Shown in pieces: positions 5,660 to 15,602 of a DNA stretch of 64,000 bases. The position numbers and the translations under genes were made by a program. Position 1 is the stretch's first letter. Each line of letters starts with the position of its first letter. A model generated the notes under the pieces. It had not been told where the DNA came from and made no database searches. It saw only the letters and a list, made by a program, of their open reading frames with translations. This DNA comes from a virus. The stretch is from the IMG/VR virus record IMGVR_UViG_3300043438_000246, positions 4,051 to 68,050 of that record; one strand, written 5' to 3'.

Positions 5660-6240
5660 TGACAGATGTCGTTCTAAATAACGATGATGTTACAGTTCTT
5701 GCTCCTCCAGCAATAGTTGAGGTGCTTGTAGATATTGGTCCACAGGGAACTCGTGGAAGCCAGTTTTTTGTCGGGGTAGGAAATCCAAACTCAGTAAGCA
5801 TTGGACAAACACCAAATCTAAATGATTTATATATTAATACATCTCCTGGTGGAGAACTAGGATATTTATATCAATACAGATCAGAACCTGGTGGAAATGT
5901 TTGGGTAGAAGTATTAGATATTTATCCTTCAGTATATTCAGAAAATGCACAAGTTACATTTGAGTCAGGTACTTCAGAAGTTATTATTCCAGTAGCAGAT
6001 ATTGTTACAGTTACTGGTACCCCGCTTGTTTCAGAAAATTTTAGTGTTCAGTACAGTATCGCCCATACTAATCCAGTTGCTTCAGCAATGCAGATTCCAG
6101 CCCTAGTAGGTGCAGGAGATAATCTTGTCATTAATCTTGAAGCCGTTGAGTATGCAGGCGCTGCATGGTCTGCACTAGATGAGTCAGTTACAATTCACTT
6201 CAACATTACCATTGTTGAAGCGGGATCAGTGTCATACTAG
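5659..6240 (+). CDS. Virion structural or fibre-anchoring protein
   Basis: GPQGTRGS...GNP...DLYIN motif common in fibre proteins. Confidence 0.65.
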   Translation: MTDVVLNNDDVTVLAPPAIVEVLVDIGPQGTRGSQFFVGVGNPNSVSIGQTPNLNDLYINTSPGGELGYLYQYRSEPGGNVWVEVLDIYPSVYSENAQVTFESGTSEVIIPVADIVTVTGTPLVSENFSVQYSIAHTNPVASAMQIPALVGAGDNLVINLEAVEYAGAAWSALDESVTIHFNITIVEAGSVSY

Positions 6241-6276
6241 CATCATAATATGGTATAATTTTCAAGAGGTGATCTA

Positions 6277-7656
6277 ATGGCAACAGAGTCAATTGGTACG
6301 TTAATACCAACAGCAATTCCAGGGTATACTGATTCAGCAGATATCCAAGCAGCACTACGTGCATACCACTATGGTTCATATACTTATGACCCTGCTAATA
6401 CATCACCAGCATCACTTGTAAGCCCCTCTATTGCAAAGACTATTTATGATATTGAAGCAGATATCACTGCTCTTGAAAATCGTCCTTCATCAGGTGGAGA
6501 AGTAGATGATACAGAGCCAGTACCAGCAGACTTTACACCACCAGAGATTCCAGATGGATTTATCTGGGTAGATTCAAATGGCACAGTAGGTGGACAACCA
6601 ACATCTGCAACTTCAGTATTTACAAACTCTGCTCCAACAACATCTCTTACAACTGGTGTTATTTGGGTAGATAAAGATCCAACTTCAATTACCGCAAATC
6701 CATTTATTCCAACCGCAATGATTAATGCAAAAGGTGATTTAATTGTTGGAAGCGCAGACGATGCAGCAATACGTTTAGCAGCAGCATCTACTAACGGATA
6801 TGTTCTTTCTGTAAACTCAGCAACAACATCAGGACTTGAATGGATTGTAAACGATCAAGGTGATATTACAGCGGTAACATCTGGAACTGGAATTACAGTT
6901 ACAAATGGTACAGGTCCAATACCTTCGGTTGCAATCGATACAACCGTAACAGCAGATTTAACAACGGCACAAACTTTAACAAACAAAACTTTGACAACTC
7001 CAATTATTAGTTCTATTTCTAATACTGGTGCTTTAACTTTACCAACAAGCACAGACACTTTAGTGGGCCGTGCTACAACAGATACGTTAACAAACAAAAC
7101 AGTTAACTTAACTAATAATACTTTGTCTGGTACTATTGCACAGTTTAATACAGCACTTTCAGATGCTGATTTTGCAACATTGGCAGGCACTGAAACACTT
7201 ACAAGTAAAACCTTAACCTCTCCTGCAATTAATACAGGAACAGTATCAAACTCTATTTTGGTAGGACCAGAAGAAAGATGGAATATTGTTGCAGCAGCAG
7301 CAAGTTCAACAATAGCAATTGATGCTTTGACTTCTGGTGTTTGGTATTATACTTCAAATGCAACAGCAAATCATACTCTTAATTTTAGAGGTAGTTCTTC
7401 AACTTCAATGAACACAATTTTATCAATTGGTGATTCTGTTACTATTTTGTGGTTAAACACAAATGGTGGAACAGCATACTATCCAAATGTTTATCAAGTA
7501 GATGGAACTACATCTGGAGTTACAGTAAACTGGTCTGGTGGAACCGCACCAACTGCAGGCAATGCTTCAGGTATTGATGTATATTCTTTTACAATTGTAA
7601 AAACAGCAAATGCAACATTTAGAGTATTAGCAGCAGGGGCGGTAAAATACGCATGA
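6277..7656 (+). CDS. Fibre stalk protein with TLTNKT repeats (cassette 1)
   Basis: KGDLIVG motif, TLTNKTLT repeats, C-terminal W.GG.AP...GIDVYSF domain. Confidence 0.8.
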   Translation: MATESIGTLIPTAIPGYTDSADIQAALRAYHYGSYTYDPANTSPASLVSPSIAKTIYDIEADITALENRPSSGGEVDDTEPVPADFTPPEIPDGFIWVDSNGTVGGQPTSATSVFTNSAPTTSLTTGVIWVDKDPTSITANPFIPTAMINAKGDLIVGSADDAAIRLAAASTNGYVLSVNSATTSGLEWIVNDQGDITAVTSGTGITVTNGTGPIPSVAIDTTVTADLTTAQTLTNKTLTTPIISSISNTGALTLPTSTDTLVGRATTDTLTNKTVNLTNNTLSGTIAQFNTALSDADFATLAGTETLTSKTLTSPAINTGTVSNSILVGPEERWNIVAAAASSTIAIDALTSGVWYYTSNATANHTLNFRGSSSTSMNTILSIGDSVTILWLNTNGGTAYYPNVYQVDGTTSGVTVNWSGGTAPTAGNASGIDVYSFTIVKTANATFRVLAAGAVKYA

Positions 7657-8489
7657 GTCCAACATTTTCACCTGTTGGTGGCGGAGGAATTGGTAAAGCA
7701 GCCATTACTTCACAATCTGGTGCGACAGTTGACACAACATCTCGCGCTGGAAAAACTATTTATAAGTTTACTGGTTCAGGTTCAATTACAGTTGGTACCG
7801 CTGGACTTGCAGAAGTTTTAGTTATTGGTGGAGGTGGAGGCGGAGCCTCCGCATCTAGCCCGTCAAACCTCAAGGGTGCAGGTGGAGGTGGAGCAGGTGG
7901 AGTTCTTTATGATACTGATAGATACTTGCCTGCTGGAACGTACACAGTAACTATTGGCGCTGGTGGAGTTGGTGGATTTTATGTCCCTGGTGAAACAGCA
8001 TATGGAAGCATTGGTAACAATGGACAAACAACGCAGATTGGCATTATTGCTATAGCCCCAGGCGGTGGTGGTGGTGGTGGACCAAGTCAGTTTGCTGAAC
8101 CATCTGCTGGTGGCTCTGGTGGTGGCAGAGGTGGTCCTTATACTGCTAGCGGTGCAGTAGGAACAGCAGGGTTGGGAAATTCTGGAGGCAATAGTGTTGG
8201 CGCTAATAGTGGCGGAGGCGGCGGTGGTGCAGGCGCTGCTGGCACTAATGCTAGTGGTTCTACATCAGGTGCAGGCGGTGCAGGAAGAGCAATTTCAATT
8301 ACTGGAACTAGCGTTACTTATGGTGGCGGTGGTGGTGGTTGTGGTGCTGGTACTGCTGTAGGTGGTTCAGGCGGTGGCGGTGCAACTGGTACTGCAGGTA
8401 CTTCTAATACTGGTGGCGGTGCAGGGGCTGAACGCGCTTATTATGGACCAAGTGGTGGTTCTGGATACGTAGTGGTGGTGACTGGATAA
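7653..8489 (+). CDS. Glycine-rich adhesin or fibre-tip protein
   Basis: EVLVIGGGGGG...GGGGAGG...GGSGYVVV Gly-rich domain. Confidence 0.8.
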   Translation: MSPTFSPVGGGGIGKAAITSQSGATVDTTSRAGKTIYKFTGSGSITVGTAGLAEVLVIGGGGGGASASSPSNLKGAGGGGAGGVLYDTDRYLPAGTYTVTIGAGGVGGFYVPGETAYGSIGNNGQTTQIGIIAIAPGGGGGGGPSQFAEPSAGGSGGGRGGPYTASGAVGTAGLGNSGGNSVGANSGGGGGGAGAAGTNASGSTSGAGGAGRAISITGTSVTYGGGGGGCGAGTAVGGSGGGGATGTAGTSNTGGGAGAERAYYGPSGGSGYVVVVTG

Positions 8490-8737
8490 TGGCACATTTT
8501 GCAAAAATAGAAGATGGATATGTTCGTCAAGTTATTGTTGTAAGAAATGAAGATGCTCCTGATGAAGCAACTGGTAAAGCATTTATTGCCTCAATTGGTT
8601 TAGATGGTGAATGGATTCAAACTTCTTACAATGGAAACTTTAGAAGTAGATTTGCTGGCACTGGAATGATCTATGATCCAGTAGCAGATGAATTTAAATA
8701 CTCAGATAATATAGTAGAGGAGATAGTAACAGAGTAA
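8489..8737 (+). CDS. Small MAHFA-type companion (chaperone-like) protein
   Basis: MAHFAKI...WIQTSYNGNFR..FAG.G..YD; paralog of 12838. Confidence 0.75.
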   Translation: MAHFAKIEDGYVRQVIVVRNEDAPDEATGKAFIASIGLDGEWIQTSYNGNFRSRFAGTGMIYDPVADEFKYSDNIVEEIVTE

Positions 8738-8756
8738 TTTCTGTTATAATACAATT

Positions 8757-9641
8757 ATGGCAACTATTAACACTACCGATCCAAAACCAGGGTTTGTCTA
8801 TGACCTTGATACAGACACATGGTTTCCACTTCTAGGACTTGCTACACAGTCACTAGATGGATTAACAGATGTTATTATAACTACCCCGTCAACAAACCAA
8901 GTTCTTGCATATAATGGAACTAACTGGGTAAACTCCTCTGAGGCTGGAGATGTTTCAGCGGTAACTTCAGGAACAGGTATCACAGTAACCAACGGTACTG
9001 GACCAATTCCCTCTATCGCAATTGACACTACAGTAACAGCAGATCTTACTACTGCACAAACTTTAACAAATAAAACTTTAACAACTCCAGTTATTTCTTC
9101 AATTAGCAATACTGGAACAGTTACCTTGCCAACTGCTACTGATACTTTGGTCGGTAGAGCCACAACAGATACTTTAACAAATAAAACAGTAAATCTTACA
9201 TCTAATACACTATCAGGAACTATTGCTCAGTTTAATACCGCTCTTTCGGATGCTGATTTTGCAACTTTGGCTGGTACTGAAACTTTAACAAATAAAACAT
9301 TAACTGCTCCTGTTATTTCATATTCAGTAAATGCTGTTACTTCTTCAACATATACAACTGTAGCAACTGATGCTGCAGCAATTGTAACAATGAATAATGG
9401 ATCTGCTAATACATTTAGCATTCCAACAAATGCAAGCGTTCCATATGCAGTTGGTTCATCAATAACCATTATTCAAATTGGTGCGGGGCAGACAACAATT
9501 AATGCTGTAACTTCTGGAACTACTACTATTGCTTCTGTTGGCGCAACACCTGCTGCCCCAGCATTAAGAGCACAATATTCTTCCGCTACATGCATTAAGG
9601 TTGCAACTGATACCTGGTATGTAGTGGGTGATGTTGCGTGA
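8757..9641 (+). CDS. Fibre stalk protein with TLTNKT repeats (cassette 2)
   Basis: 124-aa segment near-identical to 6277; C-terminal IQIGAGQ...LRAQYS...DTWYVVGD domain. Confidence 0.8.
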   Translation: MATINTTDPKPGFVYDLDTDTWFPLLGLATQSLDGLTDVIITTPSTNQVLAYNGTNWVNSSEAGDVSAVTSGTGITVTNGTGPIPSIAIDTTVTADLTTAQTLTNKTLTTPVISSISNTGTVTLPTATDTLVGRATTDTLTNKTVNLTSNTLSGTIAQFNTALSDADFATLAGTETLTNKTLTAPVISYSVNAVTSSTYTTVATDAAAIVTMNNGSANTFSIPTNASVPYAVGSSITIIQIGAGQTTINAVTSGTTTIASVGATPAAPALRAQYSSATCIKVATDTWYVVGDVA

Positions 9642-10219
9642 CAAAACTTTTCCCTGGCGTTGTAGCATCTGGAATTAGTGGACATCTCTGGGCACCTTCT
9701 GGTGCTTATGAGCAGATTGCTTCTACAACTGTAGGTGCTGGTGGAGTCTCTACCGTTACTTTTAATGGTATCCCGCAGACTTATCAAAATTTACAAATCA
9801 GAGCACTAGCAAGAACAACAGTTACTGCTGACTTTGACGACTTTTTGGCAATACGTTTCAATGGTGATTCCTCAAGTAATTACGTTCATCACGCTACATA
9901 TGGTCTCGGCTCTTCTGCAGGTTCTGGAGTGGACAGGCCAATCACGTTTGCTATTGCACAACGAGCATCAACTAACAAAAATACAACAGGGATATTTGGA
10001 GCAATTGTATTAGACATTCTTGATTACGCTAATACAAATAAAAATAAAGTTACAAGAAATATAGGCGGTTATGATAGAGGTAATGGAGGCCAGGTGTACC
10101 TTGACAGTAATTTATGGCTATCTACATCTGAAATATATTCAATAACTATAACACCTTCAGCAGGAGCATCTATGTCATTTACAGAGTACTCACAATTCGC
10201 CCTATACGGAACTAAATAA
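9638..10219 (+). CDS. Fibre-associated beta-domain protein (trio member 1)
   Basis: GVVASGISG leader; VTF..IPQTY..L...FALYG domain. Confidence 0.75.
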   Translation: MTKLFPGVVASGISGHLWAPSGAYEQIASTTVGAGGVSTVTFNGIPQTYQNLQIRALARTTVTADFDDFLAIRFNGDSSSNYVHHATYGLGSSAGSGVDRPITFAIAQRASTNKNTTGIFGAIVLDILDYANTNKNKVTRNIGGYDRGNGGQVYLDSNLWLSTSEIYSITITPSAGASMSFTEYSQFALYGTK

Positions 10220-10228
10220 AGGCTAAAA

Positions 10229-11485
10229 ATGTCTACTACATACACTCCAATTGCTACACAGACACTGGTTTCTACAGCATCTTCTGTTACTTTTTCTAAT
10301 ATATCTGGTAGTTATACGGACTTGGTATTGGTAATCACTGCAACTGGTTCAACAAGTGCTGATTTAATTTTATCTTTTAACAGCGATACAACTGTTGCTA
10401 ATTATTCAACTACTTCACTTAACGGAAGTGGAAGTTCTGCTGCATCAAATCGCACTACTGTATTGCCTGGTATATCTCTTACAAGTAATTCATACTTAAG
10501 AAGCACTGAAGCAATGCAATGGAACATAAGCATACAAAATTATTCAAATGCAACTACATACAAGACTGTTTTAAGCAGAACTGGAAATGTTCCATTAGGT
10601 AGAGCCGACCTTGCTACTGGTTCCTGGCGTGGAACACCTGCTGCTATTACTTCACTTACCTTAACACCTTCTCCAGGAACGTTGGCAATTGGATCAACTT
10701 TTAATTTGTACGGAATTGCTGCTGCAACTGCGCCTGTTGCTAAAGCAACTGGTGGAACAATAACTACAACAAGTGGTTATACGGTTCATACATTTACAAG
10801 CACAGGAACATTTACTCCTTCTCAAAATCTACAGGTTGAGTATCTTGTAGTAGCAGGAGGTGGCGGTGGTTACTTTAATGGTGGATCTGCTGGCGGTGCT
10901 GGTGGATTTAGAACTAACGTAGGCGGAGCACTGCTCTCTTGTTCATCAGGAACCGCATACACAACAACCGTTGGCGCTGGTGCTGGCACAAACGCAGATG
11001 GAAGCCCTTCTTCTTTTAATGGAATTAACGCAAGCGGTGGAGGCGGAGCAAGCGGTGGCGGATTACTAGGTGGTCCTGGTGGTTCTGGAGCAGGTGGCCG
11101 CACTAACAGCAGCGGCTTTGGAGGTGCTGGAAATATTGGTGGATACTTCCCAGTAGAAGGCTACGCTGGTGGTACAGCAGGTGTTGATCAAGGTGGCGGT
11201 GGAGGCGGTGGCGCTGGTGGAGTTGGTAATAATGGCCAAGACGGTACTGGCGGTGCTGGTGGTATTGGACGTGTATCTTTGATATCTGGCTCATCTGTTT
11301 ACTATGCAGGCGGTGGTGGTGGAAATAACGCAGCAGGTGGTACAGGTGGTGGTGGTGCAGGACGAGTTGGTACTGGTGCTGGGTATGATGGTACTGCAAA
11401 CACTGGTGGCGGTGGTGGTGGAAGCCGTCAAGGTTCAGGCGGTAATGGTGGTTCAGGAATCGTTATAGTTAGGTATAGAAACTAA
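10229..11485 (+). CDS. Beta-domain plus Gly-rich adhesin (trio member 2)
   Basis: Same N-domain ending FNLYG, then ATGGTI...HTFT...YLVVAGGGGG...GSGIVIVRY. Confidence 0.8.
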   Translation: MSTTYTPIATQTLVSTASSVTFSNISGSYTDLVLVITATGSTSADLILSFNSDTTVANYSTTSLNGSGSSAASNRTTVLPGISLTSNSYLRSTEAMQWNISIQNYSNATTYKTVLSRTGNVPLGRADLATGSWRGTPAAITSLTLTPSPGTLAIGSTFNLYGIAAATAPVAKATGGTITTTSGYTVHTFTSTGTFTPSQNLQVEYLVVAGGGGGYFNGGSAGGAGGFRTNVGGALLSCSSGTAYTTTVGAGAGTNADGSPSSFNGINASGGGGASGGGLLGGPGGSGAGGRTNSSGFGGAGNIGGYFPVEGYAGGTAGVDQGGGGGGGAGGVGNNGQDGTGGAGGIGRVSLISGSSVYYAGGGGGNNAAGGTGGGGAGRVGTGAGYDGTANTGGGGGGSRQGSGGNGGSGIVIVRYRN

Positions 11486-12819
11486 TGGCCGATACATACG
11501 TACTCTTACAAAAAATAACTATAAGCGCATCTTCTGTTGCGTCAATAACTTTTTCAAACATTCCACAAACTGGTTATACAGATTTGGTAATAAAAGGTAG
11601 TAGCAGAACTACTGGTGATACTTTAATTGGTGGTTTTTCTTTTAATGGTGTAACAACCAATCTGTCTGCGAGACAAATTTATGGAACTGGTAGTGCTGCT
11701 GGATCTGTAGGTAGTGCAATAAATACTAATTCTTATGGTGTGGTAGGTGCCGTTTCTTACACCGCCAATACATTTGGCAATTTTGAAGCATATTTTTCTA
11801 ATTATACTTCTTCTGCTTACAAGATGTTTAATGTTGATGGTGTAGTTGAAAATAATGGTACAGAATCATACAGTTGTTTAGTTTCTGGATTATGGTCTAA
11901 CACTTCTGCAATTACTTCTATAACATTTACACCAACTGATGGAAACCTTATTCAGTACTCAACTTTCTCCCTATACGGTGTATCAAAATTCGGTACAACA
12001 CCAACAGAATCCCCATATGCAATAGGTGGAGATATTATTGAAACTGATGGAACTTATTGGTATCATGCTTTCTTGTCATCAGCAGCATTTATACCTACCA
12101 AGGATTTGAGTTGTGATGTACTTGCTGTTGGTGGAGGTTCATCTTCGGGACAAAGTGCTGCTGGTGGTGGAGGTGCTGGAGCCGTAGTTTATGCAGCATC
12201 AACTTCACTTACAACAACAGGTTATACAGTTATAGTTGGTGCTGGAGGCCCCACATACACGGTTGGCGGTAATACAGCCTTTAGTTCTCTTGTAACTGCA
12301 GCAGGTGGTGGTCTTGGTGGTGGAGAAAATACTGCTGCACCGTCTAATACAAATGGCGGTTCTGGTGGTGGAGGTGGCGGTAGTGCTTCTGCTGCTACTA
12401 AAGCGGGTTCTGCTGCTGGTTCAGGTAGTTCTGGTGGAACTGTCTATGCTTCTGCTGGTGGTCTAGGAAACCAAAATTACAACGGTGGCGGAGGCGGAGG
12501 AGCGGGAGCCGTAGGTGGCTCGGCAACTACAAGCGTTCCTGGTAGTGGTGGTGCAGGTATAAATACCTATTCTACTTGGTTATCTGTAACAGGACTAGGC
12601 GTTAGTGGCTATATTGCAGGTGGTGGTGGAGGTTGTACGTTTAATGGAACTCCTTCTAGTGGTGGTGCAGGAGGTGGCGGTGCAGGTGGTCGTTATTCGC
12701 CAGCACAAGCACAGACTGCAGGAACTGCTAACACAGGCGGTGGCGGCGGTGGTGGAAACGGTGTAGGTAATGGTGCCGCTGGCGGTTCAGGTCTAGTAAT
12801 AGTTAGGTATTTAATTTAA
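11485..12819 (+). CDS. Beta-domain plus Gly-rich adhesin (trio member 3)
   Basis: Same N-domain ending FSLYG, then Gly-rich domain ending GSGLVIVRY. Confidence 0.8.
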   Translation: MADTYVLLQKITISASSVASITFSNIPQTGYTDLVIKGSSRTTGDTLIGGFSFNGVTTNLSARQIYGTGSAAGSVGSAINTNSYGVVGAVSYTANTFGNFEAYFSNYTSSAYKMFNVDGVVENNGTESYSCLVSGLWSNTSAITSITFTPTDGNLIQYSTFSLYGVSKFGTTPTESPYAIGGDIIETDGTYWYHAFLSSAAFIPTKDLSCDVLAVGGGSSSGQSAAGGGGAGAVVYAASTSLTTTGYTVIVGAGGPTYTVGGNTAFSSLVTAAGGGLGGGENTAAPSNTNGGSGGGGGGSASAATKAGSAAGSGSSGGTVYASAGGLGNQNYNGGGGGGAGAVGGSATTSVPGSGGAGINTYSTWLSVTGLGVSGYIAGGGGGCTFNGTPSSGGAGGGGAGGRYSPAQAQTAGTANTGGGGGGGNGVGNGAAGGSGLVIVRYLI

Positions 12820-12837
12820 ATGAAAGGTAAAAAATAA

Positions 12838-13182
12838 ATGGCACATTTTGCAGAGATAGATGAAAACAATATAGTTAAGCAAGTATTAGTTGTTCCTAAT
12901 TCAGTAGAACATTATGGAGAACTTTATTTATCAAGAGATCTTAATCTTGGCGGTAGATGGGTACAAACATCTTATAATGGTAATATTAGAAAAAATTTTG
13001 CAGGTATTGGATATACATATGATGAAATCAGGGATGCTTTTATAACGCCAAAACCATATTTATCTTGGGTATTAAATGAAGAAACCTGTCTTTGGGAGGC
13101 ACCAGTTGCTTATCCAACTGATGGTATCATATATGTGTGGGATGAAGAAACTATTGATTGGAAGGCTGTTGTAAATGACTGA
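12838..13182 (+). CDS. Small MAHFA-type companion protein
   Basis: MAHFAEI...WVQTSYNGNIRKNFAGIGYTYD...WEAP. Confidence 0.8.
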   Translation: MAHFAEIDENNIVKQVLVVPNSVEHYGELYLSRDLNLGGRWVQTSYNGNIRKNFAGIGYTYDEIRDAFITPKPYLSWVLNEETCLWEAPVAYPTDGIIYVWDEETIDWKAVVND

Positions 13183-13408
13183 TACATTAAAAAAACTAGT
13201 AGTTGATGTTGCAAAAGGAACTCAGGAATATATTGACCTGACCCCTGAAGAAATCGCACAACGTGAAACAGATGCAGCCGCATTTGCAGTAGCAGAGGCA
13301 GAGCGAATAGCAGCAGAAGAAGCAAGCGCCGAGGCCAAGGCCAGCGGTATTGCAAAATTGCTTGCTCTTGGTCTTACTGAAGAAGAAGCCCAAGAACTAA
13401 CAAAATAA
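13175..13408 (+). CDS. Small helical fibre-associated protein
   Basis: LTPEEIAQRE...AKLLALGLTEEEA. Confidence 0.7.
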   Translation: MTDTLKKLVVDVAKGTQEYIDLTPEEIAQRETDAAAFAVAEAERIAAEEASAEAKASGIAKLLALGLTEEEAQELTK

Positions 13409-13446
13409 GGAGGAATAGCAGACAATAAATCTGCTATAATACAATC

Positions 13447-14160
13447 ATGGCAATTACATTTGATTATTCAGGCAAACCAACATACATGTTCCAGGCTGGA
13501 GCAACTTCTACTGATGGTGTTTGGTATGCCGTTGGTGCCAAGATTGATACCGCCGCAGGATACGAATGGGCTGGCGCACAAACATTTTTAAATACTGTAA
13601 CTACTGATGCTACTGTTATTTTAAGAGATGGTTTTAATAATTTTCTAAACCCTGCTGCTCGTGATGCTGCTTTAACATCTCCTGCTCAAGGTACTCTTGC
13701 TTTTATAAGACAAGATTCTGGTGGATCTCCTCTTAATCAAATTCAATTTTATAATGGATCCGCTTGGGTTGCAAATGATGGAGACATCAATGGTGTAACT
13801 GCTGGAACTGGTCTTTCAGGCGGCGGTACATCAGGAACAGTTACTCTTTCTGTTGATACAACAGTAGTAGCAACAACAAGCAATACTCTTACAATGAGTG
13901 GTAAGACACTTTCTGCTGCAACACTAACTGGAACACTTACTGCAGCATCTACATCTGGAACAAATGGACAATATTTGCAAACAACTGGTACTGGTGTCCA
14001 ATGGGCGACGGTAACAGGATATTCAGCACCAACACTTGGATCAACAGCATTAACATCTGGTGCAACAATTACAACAATTTCTGGATTAACAGATATTGTT
14101 TTAAATGGTCCAGGAAGTATTAAAGATGAACTAACGCTCCTATTAATGGGCGCACTCTAA
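13447..14160 (+). CDS. Fibre stalk protein (cassette 3)
   Basis: AARDAAL, GDI.GVTAGTGLSGGGTSG.VTLS.DT motifs. Confidence 0.75.
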   Translation: MAITFDYSGKPTYMFQAGATSTDGVWYAVGAKIDTAAGYEWAGAQTFLNTVTTDATVILRDGFNNFLNPAARDAALTSPAQGTLAFIRQDSGGSPLNQIQFYNGSAWVANDGDINGVTAGTGLSGGGTSGTVTLSVDTTVVATTSNTLTMSGKTLSAATLTGTLTAASTSGTNGQYLQTTGTGVQWATVTGYSAPTLGSTALTSGATITTISGLTDIVLNGPGSIKDELTLLLMGAL

Positions 14161-14178
14161 CCTGAAAGGTAGTAACTA

Positions 14179-14481
14179 ATGGCTACAGCAACAAAGGTGC
14201 TCGCTAGAACAGCAGCAGCCACATCAAGCACAACACTATATACAGTACCTAGTGCAACAACTACAGTAGTAACTAATATTGTAGTAACTAACTCAGCAGC
14301 ATCTGCTGCTACGTTTACTCTTACGCTTAACAGCGTTGATATATTTACTACAGCAGCAATTGCCGCTAACTCAACAGCAATGTTTGACTTAAAACAGGTA
14401 ATGGCAACAACTGAAATTATTGCTGGCTTTGCCAGCGCAGTAACAGTCAAGTTTCACATCAGCGGAGTGGAGATTTCCTAA
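14179..14481 (+). CDS. Small beta-sandwich adaptor
   Basis: TLYTVPSATTTVV.NI.V.N...FHISGVEI; GAAAGG SD. Confidence 0.75.
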   Translation: MATATKVLARTAAATSSTTLYTVPSATTTVVTNIVVTNSAASAATFTLTLNSVDIFTTAAIAANSTAMFDLKQVMATTEIIAGFASAVTVKFHISGVEIS

Positions 14482-15293
14482 TGGCATCAACAGTATTTCC
14501 TGCCCCTTCAACGGCTTCAACACCACCTCTTACAATTGGTGTTCCTATTGGCTTAACACTTCGTAATACTTACACTTCAAGCGCAAGCAGTTTAACTTAT
14601 CCTGTAACACAGGTATATGCAATTGTTATTGGCGGTGGAGGAGCAGGTGGTACTGGTAGTAATGCTGGTGGTGGTGGTGGTGGTGGTGCGGTAGTTCAAG
14701 GCTGGATTGCACCACCAACAACAGTTACCGTTGGCGCAAGTAATGGTTTTAGTCAGTTCGGAGATTTACTTGCACCTGCAGGTGGTTTTGGAAATTCATC
14801 TAATGGACTTTCTGGTAAAAGAGGTTCAATGGGAAGCGGAAGTGGTGGTGGTGGCTCAGATGCAGATGCTACTTATAATAACGTAGCAAGCGCACCTCAA
14901 AATAATACTTTCTTAAATTCTTTTGGTGGGTATGGCGGAGCATTTGGAAACTTTGTTCAAAATTCTGCTGGTGGTGCTGGAACATCAGGAGGCGGTGCTG
15001 CTGCTGTATGGGGTGGTACAGCAGGTCCTGGTGGTAATGGAGTTTATACAGGCGGTGGCGGTGGCGGTGGTGCAAACGGTGGAGCAGCATCTGCGGGTGG
15101 TTCAGGAAAAGGTGGAATAGGTGGCGCTAGCGCTAGCGCTGGTGGCGGTGGAGCAGGTTACATTGCTGCTGGCGGAGCAGCATCTGGCGGCACTGGCGGT
15201 ACTGGCGGCAATGGCGGTGGCGGTGGCGGTGGCTGCGGTCAAGGTGGAACAGCAGGCGCTGGCGGCGCTGGTGTTGTTTATGTTTACTACTAA
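14481..15293 (+). CDS. Glycine-rich adhesin or fibre-tip protein
   Basis: VYAIVIGGGGAGG...GGAGVVYVYY. Confidence 0.8.
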   Translation: MASTVFPAPSTASTPPLTIGVPIGLTLRNTYTSSASSLTYPVTQVYAIVIGGGGAGGTGSNAGGGGGGGAVVQGWIAPPTTVTVGASNGFSQFGDLLAPAGGFGNSSNGLSGKRGSMGSGSGGGGSDADATYNNVASAPQNNTFLNSFGGYGGAFGNFVQNSAGGAGTSGGGAAAVWGGTAGPGGNGVYTGGGGGGGANGGAASAGGSGKGGIGGASASAGGGGAGYIAAGGAASGGTGGTGGNGGGGGGGCGQGGTAGAGGAGVVYVYY

Positions 15294-15302
15294 GGAGAAA
15301 TA

Positions 15303-15509
15303 ATGAAAACTTTTGCAATAATTGCAGATAATCGTGTAATAAATATAGTTGTTGCCGATAATAAAGAAACTGCTGAAGCGGTTTCTTTTGAAGGTACTAT
15401 TGCTGTTGAATGTTCAGTCAATGATTTAGTTAATGAGACATGGACTTATGACGGAACTAAATTAGTTCCTCCAACAATACAGGAACCAACTGATGACCAA
15501 AGCATGTGA
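15303..15509 (+). CDS. Small companion protein (distantly MAHFA-like)
   Basis: FAII.DN.V.NIVVA...WTYDG; AAGGAG SD. Confidence 0.7.
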   Translation: MKTFAIIADNRVINIVVADNKETAEAVSFEGTIAVECSVNDLVNETWTYDGTKLVPPTIQEPTDDQSM

Positions 15510-15552
15510 CCTAGCCAATGCTAGTACAGGTTTATTGTATTAATAATTAAAT

Positions 15553-15597
15553 AAAAAAATAACCCCCAAAAGCCAAAAGCCAATGGGGGTATTTTTT
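15553..15597. terminator. Bidirectional intrinsic terminator
   Basis: A-tract, ACCCCCA/TGGGGGT stem, T-tract, between convergent genes. Confidence 0.8.
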
Positions 15598-15602
15598 ATC
15601 CC

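Noticed and set aside
7653-15293. GGTGGC/GGTGGT runs as contingency microsatellites or host PE_PGRS genes
   Set aside because: In-frame poly-Gly with mixed codons, no PE domain; standard Gly-rich phage adhesin architecture
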